Positions 49,701 through 60,877 of a stretch of 64,000 nucleotides of DNA are shown here, in pieces. Origin of the DNA: Zancudomyces culisetae HAW-14-8 (Eukaryota; Fungi; Kickxellomycota); contig JBNJNM010000021.1 of NCBI GenBank assembly GCA_052426225.1, positions 3,348,001 through 3,412,000 on the forward strand. The letters are read 5' to 3'. Under the pieces are notes generated by a model. That model made no database searches and was not told the origin of the DNA. It saw only the letters and a program-made list of their open reading frames with translations. The translations under genes were made by a program, and so were the position numbers. Position 1 is the stretch's first letter; each line of letters begins with the position of its first letter.

Positions 49701-49949
49701 ATTGTGCCCAGCACGATCCGGGTACACTCATAAAGTACTTTCAAGCTCTTAAGTCTACAAAAATAATAAAAAAATAAGCTAATGAACTCTACCTTTGATA
49801 ATTAGCCGAGATGCAACACAATAGTCCAGTCAAAGGGAAAACCAACAGCGCAACAGTATGACATTTATATATTATTTGCTCAAGAGGTAGTTGCCATTAT
49901 ATCATAGTAATATACTAATACCCGTAATATAAATAACTTTTAATAATAG

Positions 49950-50409
49950 CTACCAACACTACAAACAAACGCTAATACGAATCGATCTGGGAACCGTCAT
50001 ACAAATGCATTTGATTTATCAGGATTTGGAAACCTAAATTCCCGAAATACAAACAACAATAGTAGTTCTACCAGCAACAACAACGCTGGAGCAAGTACCT
50101 CGGTATCAAAATTGAACTCTGATACGCTGTTTCATCGACTAAAGCTTGATTCTAGTTTAATAGACAAATCACCTCTTCCTCAAGAACCAGAAAACTCTTG
50201 GGATACTAACCCATCAAAACTTGCAGATTTATTTACTAAACGCAAAGAGTTTATGGTTTTGCAGGCACGAAAGTAAGAAACTACATTCTAGTGGTGTTTT
50301 CTATTCAATACGAGTGTTTTTCAATGTTTTTTTACACACTATTTTTACAAATAGAAAATTCCTGAAAGACAAAGGCAGCTTACTGAAAAGGCACAATAGA
50401 CTAGGATAA
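49950..50409 (+). pseudogene. 3' fragment resembling the C-terminus of a Cue1/Cue4/AUP1-type protein (Ubc7-binding region)
   Basis: An open exon of about 108 codons after an AG acceptor reads ...SDTLFHRLKLD...ENSWDTNPSKLADLFTKRKEFMVLQARK, then intron 50273-50354 and KFL... No TM or CUE exon was recognised upstream. Confidence 0.4.
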
Positions 50410-51842
50410 TTTTTTTGGCGCCATTATGGTATTATGAATAGCTTACCCTGATATTAATATATAACTTTTTAATAATATCCCACAGAAAACAGACAGAAAA
50501 CAGACAGAAAAGCGCAGATTATTAGAAAAATTTATTAAAAACCTGTGGTGCTACTTTACTACCTATAATTCAGTTATAAAAAATGAATAATGTGTCTAAA
50601 TGCTTATCTATTCTTCACCATTCGCTCATATGTATCCTCAAAAGGTGATAAAATTTATATTTTCCGCTAAGCCTCGTACTTATAAAGAAAAGTAGCACAT
50701 CTTCATAATGCTTGCTTGTAATTTTTTAAACAAATTTATTTACTTTATGTACTGATAATATTATCAAGTGTTATGGCTAGGTTTATTATAGTTCTATCTA
50801 GTCTAAAATGTATTTACTAAAAGTGTCCTTGTTGAATGTAGTTCACTTTACAAATAATCACCTGGTAACTCTCACCGTCGTAACTAGGCGCAGTACTGGA
50901 TAACGTTCAAGAGTTATTCTTCAAGTTACGATTAGTTTTCTTTATTTTTTAATGCTCAAACCTTAATCTATTCAAAATATTAAGATTATTATTATTATAT
51001 GATAATATTGTAAAGTGTCTTTCTTATTTTTATTTTTTTTCTCGGTCTGTTTGAAAACGAAGGGTAATTTAACCCTTGTAAAAGTTGGGGTCCGGTTTCA
51101 TATAAATTAAATGACTTAATCGACTCGATTCTGAAAAAGCCTGACGCCCGTTTCAAACTCACCCCGGCAGGTTTACATTTGAATTTGAGATAACCCCTAA
51201 TCACATTACGCGACTACAAAATCTAGATTCCTGAATTAATTAACGATAACCATATTTGTACTTGTATAAAATGAAGATATTAAATTCGCTAGAAATTAGT
51301 GAGCTGACATATTATCTCATAGGTTACCTCACATGATTGATAAAAATGTACAAAAGCCTTATATTTATATTCTGGGCAGACCTCTGGAAGTGCAAATAAG
51401 CATAAGTCGGATCTGCTTTAATTTAAAAGACAAATGCTTTATTTAAACGTTTTTGTTTTGCAAACTAATTAAACTGTAACCTAGAGTTTAAGTCCACTGT
51501 AATTAATTAATTAATTTTTAGTATATTAAACACCGAAAATTGTAAGTCGAGGCTAGCGTTCAAAATTAAATTTAGCGTATTGGTTATCATTTTTGAATTT
51601 AGAAAAGTATATTAACTTGTAGCTCAAAGTTTACATTCTAGAAACGTGTAGGTATAATGCAACAATAAGCCCATTACAATATTATACAAAGTGAAGTGGC
51701 GTTTTGTATAAGTAAGATATTTCATGAGAAATAAAAGTATAAAAGGGGTTACAATTCCCTTCAAGTTGTAGAATACATATCACGAGTAGAATAAACAATT
51801 CACTTATTAGACGAAAAAATCTTTCAAAAGTTAATCAAAAAA

Positions 51843-52253
51843 ATGAAGTTCTCCGTATTCAGCATGATGTGCTTGAGCCTGGGTATGACCAGTGCATACA
51901 GCATCGCAGATTCAAATCAAGCTGCCAAAAACAAACAAGCAGACAACAGTCCCAACCGCCTTTGCGGTTGTCATCATCAAAAAAAAATGAAGCTTGAGAT
52001 TTTCAGTAAAACCCATTATCAAGGGAAAAGTCAAATCAAACATTTGAAACCAGGTCGCTGCTATAACATTCCAAGTACCGGAAGTGCAAAAATGGACGAT
52101 GGTAAACCAGGAAGTGGAGATATTACGTTTTGTGTAGAGGCAGACTGTCAAGGGCACTGCTTTACCGCATCTAGAAGCATTCTACTTTATCCAGATAATA
52201 TCCCAGGAATTGATCTTGGTGCTTATGCAAAATCAGTAGGATGGACTCTCTAG
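51843..52253 (+). CDS. Small secreted Cys-rich protein, crystallin-like family member D
   Basis: Signal peptide, PNRLCGC, LEIFSKTHYQG and the full family motif. AAAAG-TATAAAA at 51733-51744. Confidence 0.87.
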   Translation: MKFSVFSMMCLSLGMTSAYSIADSNQAAKNKQADNSPNRLCGCHHQKKMKLEIFSKTHYQGKSQIKHLKPGRCYNIPSTGSAKMDDGKPGSGDITFCVEADCQGHCFTASRSILLYPDNIPGIDLGAYAKSVGWTL

Positions 52254-52585
52254 TGGGTATTTTAGAACTATTTGAAAAGGTTTTACTAGTTAGTATATAG
52301 AAGTTTCAATACCTAAACTGGATTTGACACTTGCTCTATAGATATTTATTAATTTAAATATTGCAAGTGGAAATAAACTATTTTACTGCTATAAGTTCAA
52401 ATGTACAAGCTGGTGCTTTAAATAATCTATATATATCAAAGTTTTTTTAATTCTGACTTTTCTAGTATGCCGATCTTATTAAAGATAATCTACATATATG
52501 GGGAATAAAAGTTTGCATTTTAACCAAATAATTAATCAAGAGATTGAACTTGAAAGCATTAATTGGATTAAATCATGTTATTAGT

Positions 52586-53705
52586 TGTTATGAATACACT
52601 TGTATCACAACAGTATTGTATATTAAAAACATAAAAATTAATGTTTATTAATGATAATCTTGTATATCATTAATATTATTTAATTATAAGTTTATATATT
52701 TAATTATTATTATATTTTTAGTTTTAAACATTTTATAGTGCATATTAATGATGTTCGCTTAATAGTATATTATAATTGGTTTTATTACTAGTTTAAGTTT
52801 TATATTAATATTTATAACAAACTTAATTGTATAAAAGGTGATTCATTTCCTTTCATGAACAATTAAGTTTGTCAATCTCGTTTAACAATAATAAAGATAT
52901 TATTAACAAATATTATATTATTACTGTGTGTTTTAAACTAGTATAATTAATAATAACTTTTATAAATTAACTGTGTGTTAATTTGTTAATACCATCATTA
53001 TTGTGTATAATATTGGTATCTAACACTGCTTGACCGTGCGAGAATGCGCATTAAAGGGTATTCAGAACCCTTCCTTGATCACCTGGAGTACTCATTGGTG
53101 ATCGGTAAGCTTCTTCCATGCCTCCTGGAAGAGCTTCAGTCAACCCCTTACTTTCGGGGTCTGATGCTGCAACCACCCCGAAAATTATTCTTAGGAGTAT
53201 TAAAATGGGGCTGCCACTGCCCATGAACCAGGTGTGGCTCTTGGAGCTGTGACTGCTGTGTTAGATACCGAAATTATACTAAGTAAAGATATTATTAACA
53301 AATTAACACACAGTTAATTTATAAAAGCTATTATTAATAATTAGTATAAAACTCGCAGTAATACATGCAATAATATTTTTATTAACTTTATTGTCGTTAA
53401 ACGTGATATACAAACAAATTTTACATGTAAAGGTATATTATCTCATTTTATTCAATTAAGTTTGAAATAATTATTAATATATAATTTAAACTAAAAAACA
53501 TATTTAATTTAAAAAATATTAATGTTGATTCGTTCATTATTGATTTTGAGTATCAATCTAATGTTTTAAACTGATACTTATTATTAAATAAATAATATAA
53601 TCTTGTAATATAAAAATATTTGAAACACAAGTATATCATTAATATAAATTAATTTTATTGTATTTAATATACAATATTGTTAAGATACATGTATATTCTA
53701 AAACA
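52586..53705. mobile_element. Inverted pair of about 440-bp LTR-like arms (52586-53025, 53259-53705) enclosing a DIRS-like fragment
   Basis: The arms are reverse complements along their length, including a 45-bp block with one mismatch. Each starts TGTTA and ends AACA. The minus-strand spacer reads VRG*LKLFQEAWKKLTDHQ*VLQVIKEGF*IPF, like the start of DIRS pol. Confidence 0.75.
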
Positions 53706-56326
53706 ATGGTGGTGGTGGTGGTCATGGCCTACATTTTTGGCGGGGCCAAAATATTCGCCTATACTTTTGCCTATCTAGTGCCTACACTTTCGATCGCGAT
53801 GACGGTGGCAGTAAGGTCTGCATACTTTACGACGACGACATTGAGATCTACAAATCCTGCATTATTGTTTGAAAGGTAGACGTTCTTTGGGGCTAGTTCA
53901 CCTTTTTTTTTACATACCTTGTATTTGGCTAAGTTGGCCGTGTGGAGGTTAGTTTAACCTTTCATTTTTAATTATTTTAATTATTATTTTTAGTACACTA
54001 CCATTATGTGAAAAAAGTTTTTTAAAGATTTCTATTTGGCTGGCTCCGCTATCTTGAGATTGAGCGGAAACTGAAAAGAGTGCAATAAGGCACAACTATT
54101 TGATTATAACCATCCTGTACTATTCTCTGGCTCTTTATTCCGTGTTAATTTTGTTTGTATAACCGAGCTCCTACAACTGCGTGACTAGCTAACTAGAAAA
54201 AACACAACGAATTGCTGTTAGATCTTGGCTGCCAGTACCTCTAAGTTTTTTAATTTGTATTCCTGTGCCTGAAGTTTTATTATGACATATAACACTACCA
54301 TATTTTATTACTGCTTCTTGCTTGTTAGCTATCTGAGAGTGCAAAAAAATGATACTAAACTAAATCACGGTATTTTTGACATTTTTATATTTTTGTTAGA
54401 TGGAATTTTAAATACATATTTTCTACAATATACAGCTCGCTTGTGGATAGTTGAGTTTAGTTGACCTTCTCTCTGATATTTACTTTTAACGTGAGTATTC
54501 CAGTTTTATTTTACTAATAAATAATTATTAAACTATGTACACTTTCTTTTATTTAACATTCTAGATCTTTTATAAACGTCATTTATGTTTATTAAAAGTT
54601 ACAATCAAATATACATATTAAGAACTAGATCAAAAAAAAGTTAATTTATCGCACTGACAGGGATTTTATTTTAGTTCTAGCTAAAGTCATTAATATATTA
54701 AAATTGAGCCCGATAAACTTAGCAAACCTGAACTTGATAATTTACTAGAGCCTAAAGAATATATTTGAATGTTAACTTTTATTAGAGGTAATGTGAGGTA
54801 GTAATCATCTAGATCAATCACAATATTTACGATACTACAGCTATTGGTTTGGTGGTTATTTATTGAAATGTATGATCTCACACTCTCGCACTATTTGTTC
54901 ATAAAAAGGTCACCTTTAATTTTTTTTGATAGAAATGTATAGTAAAAGCGTATAGGTGTTGAGATTTTAGAGTTTCGGAGATCATGAAGTTGGGCTGAAA
55001 AGATTTGTAAATATAACATGCCCGAGACTTGCCCTAAAAATTCTCACATTTTTTATGGCTTCATGAACGGAAGTTGACATATTTTTCCATATTTTTAAAC
55101 AAGATTCTCGCTATCTTTATTGGGTAATATTCTTTTTGTTTTATTTAATGCTTTACAAGTCAAGGACAACTATAATTTGATATTTTGTTTAGCTTTTAAA
55201 TTCATAATAATATACTTTGATAAGTTGATAATAGTCCAGATTGTGCTAATAACTTTTTAACAAGTCAAGAATAACATTAATAAATAGTTGAAAATATATT
55301 TTTATTCTCATACACCCAAGCTACAAAGTTGATGTAATAAGCCTTTAGCGTTTTTCAAAACTTTCAAGCATACAACACTTTTTCTAAACATTTTTTATAA
55401 ACAGGTATTTATTTTTATCCTTGTAACATTTTGAATTAAAGCTAATATGTTACATCCATAATTTAAAACCATATTTTAGAATAATTACACTTTAAACATT
55501 ACCAATTATACAAAAAAACTGTATCATTTATGAATGTATCGAAGGATATGACTATTTTTAAAATCAATAAAAAGAGAATAAAGTAAGTGACTCTACATTT
55601 GGTAAACAAAAAACACTTTATAAATAGATAATTAAAATATGCCAAATAAAATAGTAGTTTAAAAAGTCATGAATAGATGCCATCAGAATATGTATCATTC
55701 TTATCATTGTAAAACTAAGTATCGCAGAAATATGATACTATAATTGTTTCTGATTATTTACGCAGTGATAATTGTTTAAACTTCATCAAATTAAACATAT
55801 TAAACTTGATATATTAAATAGCTTTACAAAAATTGCACGGAAAATCACATGTTAGTGAAAGAGATACATGTATTCTCGCACCGTTAGACAATTCTTTTAA
55901 TTCTCAAATTATTCATATTACGGGTATTTACTTATATGACATAATTATGTGTCACATCTTTACCTCTTTAATTAGCACTGAAAACTATATTATAAGCTTG
56001 AGAAGATAAATGCTGAACATATTTATCAATCTATATTAAAAAATTCAGTGTGATAATATATGTCAGACGGAATCCTTACACCTTTTATGAATATACATTC
56101 TTTTAAACTGTAAAATCTACTGGCTGTTAAATAATGCCTGGTCATACCCGATTTGAAATTTATTCATAGTAAAACCACTTTTCAACTCTGCTCCAAACAT
56201 TATCATTTAATGTTGACGAACTTCACTGCACATTTTTATTCATGGATTTTGGCTCTAATATTTAAAAGATTTTCTATCTCTAAATCAAATATCCATACAT
56301 TAAAAATAGTCGAATATTGACTCTAA

Positions 56327-56734
56327 CTATGCTAGGAACCAAATCATAGAGTTTGCAGGTCCTCCAACATTGTCAGCTTCCACATCATATGGGTAAAGCC
56401 AGGCTTTTCTACTTATAGTTGTACACTTTCCACTACAGTCATTACTGTGGCATAGTGCAGCCCATCCGCGCCCTGGTTGTCCATCGTCAAATCGAAGTGA
56501 TAGGGCACTTGGTAATGAGACACATCTGTTTGGTCTTATATTTAGGGTTTCACCTGGACTTTGGAGATTTTTCTCTTTGAACACTTCGACCTTCATTCTA
56601 GCACTGCGATTTCGACAAGAACAAAGTCTGTTTGGTCCAATTGGGTATCTATTGTGTTGGCGTAAAGACAAGTCACCCATGCTGTTTGCAAAGGTTAGTC
56701 CCAAAGCTGCAGTTCCGATTATAATGGTCTTCAT
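56327..56734 (-). CDS. Small secreted Cys-rich protein, crystallin-like family member E
   Basis: Signal peptide, PNRLCSC and the full family motif. AAAAAAG-TATATAAA on the minus strand at 56818-56832. Confidence 0.87.
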   Translation of the reverse strand: MKTIIIGTAALGLTFANSMGDLSLRQHNRYPIGPNRLCSCRNRSARMKVEVFKEKNLQSPGETLNIRPNRCVSLPSALSLRFDDGQPGRGWAALCHSNDCSGKCTTISRKAWLYPYDVEADNVGGPANSMIWFLA

Positions 56735-58299
56735 TTTGTCAGTTAATAAGTTTAATCTGGTAGATATTTGAATTGTTATTCTTCTTAATTTTTAAAATAT
56801 TCTCCAAACCAGATGGATTTATATACTTTTTTGTTTTGAACAAGTCTAGAGTATAAATCAAAGTATAATGTGTAGAGACGAGTGTTGTAAAAGTAAAGGT
56901 AAAAGCTATTTTGTTAATTTAGTCAAAATAAAAAATTACGATCTACTGCGTTTTAAAACAGTCATGCGTCTTTTGGCGAATGTTGAGAAATTACTAGTTG
57001 AAAAGGATGTAGTGCATATGATGCATAACTCCAAGTGTGTAAGTCGCTATACGAATATCATATGACTAGATTATCAATTCTAATATATTTATTGTACTTT
57101 ATGATATGCTAACCTGTTAGGTTTTAAGAGCTATCATATTGAAAAAATAGTAACAAATCGTTTATGACATGTAGTTAGTTAGCACTTAGTGGAGATCAAA
57201 CTTTGAGAATTGATTAACAGATTGCTGTGCAGCTCAATTTATGTAAAAAACATTGCCGTACATATTTGAACTATTTGAGGGGGTTTCGAAAAAAATAGTA
57301 ATAAACATCCTCTTTAGCTAAAGTAGCACACACTCCAGAACAAAAAATTCAATACAAAAAACACTAGCACAATAGTTGTGTAAAGTTGCATTATAAGCTA
57401 CCATTCATTCATTTTTAGTTTTTTTGATCAACCAAATTTATAAGCTTATTGTAGCTAAGTGAAGTAGGCTAGACGTAAATTATACAAATTCATGATATCC
57501 ATTCAAAATAAATATAGTCAGGCTATAGTTGTAGCATAAAATAGAATAGCTGTGATAATGATAGAATGAGGAAAATTAAAGTAATGCTATGAAAAATAGT
57601 GAAAATGATGTCATGGAACTAATGTACATTCAATCATCAATCATCAATTCTTTTTTTTTGGTTTGAATATTTGAATATTTATTTACACTCAATAACACAC
57701 TTATAACTTTAATACAAATTAAAGATGTGTTTTTATGCCAAGTCAATAATTCTCAGTTATGCTTATTGTAGTATATAGCAACAAAGCTTTTTGTAAATAT
57801 TTGTATTAGACTATACTAGAATTGTAAACTGCTATACTTCTTTTGGCAAGTAAATCGTAATTAAAAACCTAAACTAAATATACTAAAGTACACGCATATC
57901 AGTAATATTCAATAAACCTGTTAAGAAAAGTACACTCTAAATTGATGAATATTTTAAGCAGGAATTTGGCATTTCACAAAGCCTGAATCAAATATGCTTC
58001 AACTATAGTTCAAAAGTATGTACAGAATATTCCACAAAAGTTGGCTGTTGAACAATAACATAAAATTAGAACACCAACAGAATATGATATAGATATTTCA
58101 CGCATTAATTGGGGGAAGGAATAGATATCTTGATAACCAAAATCATATCACAAAATTTCAAGAATTATAGCTTTTAGGATTTCATTCCTTTTAGGCAGTT
58201 AAATTGGACTAAGATATATTTTTTTAGGGCAAGGAATAAAGGTGAGTGTATATTTTACTATGCGGATAGTTATTTCGTAACGTAGCCTTTGTCGTGTGT

Positions 58300-59010
58300 A
58301 TTCTGTCAGACAAAACCGGGCGGGTCACGTTCCTTGGTCGGGTTTCTCATGCTACGGAACTGTTGTTGCGCATGCTCTTGAACAAAAGCAAATGGATCAT
58401 GTGACTCGGTATGATCCAACTCCATAGAGGTGGCTCCGGAACGGTCGCTGTCCGGAGAGTAACGACCCTCATCCTTGAACTGTTAGATGATGGCTGCACG
58501 TAGTTGCTGCATGAGACCTGACTTGAGATTTTTGTAATTTAAACTTTTACCATTTACTATTTACTATTTTAAACTTTTAGACGAAGCACAATTATTATTA
58601 TTTTGACTTTTAAATAAAGTTGTACTAAACAAAATTCTTCTTGTTCATTGCCTTTATTACCACATAAACTATTGCGTTTTAAACTACTAAAAGAGCTAAA
58701 GAAACACAACATGAGTTATTTTAACATTATATATAATATTTATTAAATTATAATAAATGCCTATTTCGGATACGCTTAATTTGGTTAATCGCTAACTTAT
58801 TTCTTCATCCATAATTGGTTGCATTTTTTATACTCGTGTTGTTACACTTATGATGATTGATACATACTAATATTAATAAATTCTTTATATGGTATTATTT
58901 CAATTATGATTTTTCTCTTGAAATTTTGATCATAATATTCCGACATTTTGTGATCATAAATTAATTCATATTTTTGCATGTTAAAATAATTTATAAATAA
59001 ATTCTTTATT
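58300..59010 (-). repeat. Copy 2 of the dispersed element end (decayed ORF KSGLMQQLRAAII*QFKDEGRYSPDSDRSG)
   Basis: Peptide match to 48989-49210. The start ATG is AAG here and a Gln codon is TAA (58485-58483). Confidence 0.7.
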
Positions 59011-59023
59011 TGCCGGTTTTATA

Positions 59024-60877
59024 CAGCGAGTCTCAAACTGTTTCAATGTTTGGTAAAAAAGATTCTATTGTAAATTTTCCACCAATATTATACATAGATT
59101 CTTAGTTTTTACATAAATAATTATATAATAGTAGCACATTTACAACAATTAATTTTATTTTGATTTGCTAAAAAACTAGCGAGAAAATTAAATTATATAA
59201 ATTAAACATTGAAACGGTTGAAAGACTTTTAAAATTACAATTTAAATATTTTTTAAATTTAAAATTAATTTTAAATCTTATAAAACTTGATACACTTATA
59301 TTATTAAATTATATAAATACAATCCTAAAATAATATTATGAAAAAGTTATCTAGCCGTAAAATAGCGATATCTAAAATGCTCAACTTGAAGGCAAAAGTT
59401 ATAGCAATATCTCAATATCATGTGGATCAGCAAGTCAACAATTTCAAGAATTATAGCTAATATGAGGAATGTTAGGAATTGTTTAAAAATAAATTAAATA
59501 AATTCATGTTTATTATAATTCTCCATGACCAAATCAAGAAGGTTACAAAATGAAATTGTAACCATATACAAATTACTATAATGTAACTAAGTACAAATTA
59601 ATTAAATGTAATTAAGTACAAATTAATTAAATGTAAATAAGTACAAATTATTAAATTAATCTAACCAAGTCAAGTAAAAAATGAATTTCGCGATGAAATT
59701 TGTTATAATAATATTCACAGACCATTTTAGGAAATAAGAAACCTAGAAAGAATTCCGAAACTAATAATTCAAAGAATCGTCAGAATAACATGAATGACGC
59801 AATCATTGACACACTAAACTCACGGTAGTTAATCACAACAGTTACTCATAAGTTTAATAGTCAAATTTATAGTTTGATAGCAACTTTACTTAAGAAAATT
59901 TTATATAAAAAAAAATCTCTGGAGTAAAAGTATAAAAACCCTTTAGAAATTCATCGAAAGAGAACTTCAGAGAAAAATATCTTAATCACTATTGAATATC
60001 ATATTTTTCTAAATAATATAATAGTAATAAATAATTTAATCTTAAAATATTCAAGTCTTAACACGAGGAATTTGGTCCGACAAAACTAAAATCAACTGAT
60101 TTGGATCTGATGGAAATGAATGGACTTGGGTTCGTGATGGTGTGAGTCTACAGCCGCACAATATTAACCTGACCGTAAAACACGGTGGAGGATCATTAAT
60201 GATTTGGGGATGCATCACAGCATTTGGAACTGGCTACATGTACCGAATAGAAGGAATGATAAACAAGGAAGGTTATTTAAACATTTTAAAAGACGAGCTT
60301 AGCAATACAATAAAGTACTACAATTTGGATCCCAAGTCAATAATATTTCAACATGACAATGATCCTAAACATACCTCAAAGTTAGTTACATGCTGGCTTG
60401 AAAACCAGGAATATAATACATTGAACTGGCCGCCACAATCTCCAGACTTAAACCCAATCGAAACTATATGGGCAATCATCAAAAGACGGCTAAATAGATA
60501 CAGTAAACCTCCGTCCGGGATGATCGAATTAAGGGAGCGAATAGAAACGGAATGGAATTTAATTTCAGTGGAAACAATACTTGGTCTTATATATAGTATG
60601 CCCAAAAGAGTTGAGGCAGTTATCAAGGCTAAAGGAAGGTGGACAGAATTTTAAAGTTTTTTTTTGAAAAATTCCCAAAATTGTCTCATTTTTAAAATTT
60701 TTTCAGTTTATAATTTTTAATGAATTTTTAACAAATAATAATACTAATTATAAAAATTAAATTATACCAATTGTGCATTATAAAATATAAAATTATCTAA
60801 TTTCTGGATTTTATTGAGCGAGATATTACAATTTGCAAATTATTTTCTATATTTTGAGACATTTTTGAAACTCACTG
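59024..60877 (+). mobile_element. Defective Tc1-family (DD34E) DNA transposon
   Basis: Imperfect TIRs CAGCGAGTCTCAAA / revcomp CAGTGAGTTTCAAA, each flanked by TA. Transposase motifs IWSDKTKIN*FGSDG, VKHGGGSLMIWGC, FQHDNDPKH and WPPQSPDLNPIE, with 34 residues between D and E. The N-terminal half is decayed or replaced. Confidence 0.9.
59590..59655. repeat. About 24-bp AT-rich tandem repeat, roughly 3 copies (aagtacaaattaattaaatgtaat)
   Basis: Seen directly, inside the non-coding block that interrupts the Tc1 transposase. Confidence 0.7.

Noticed and set aside
53044-53226. 60-aa plus-strand ORF in the foldback spacer
   Set aside because: The recognisable coding signal is the stop-interrupted DIRS-like frame on the minus strand.
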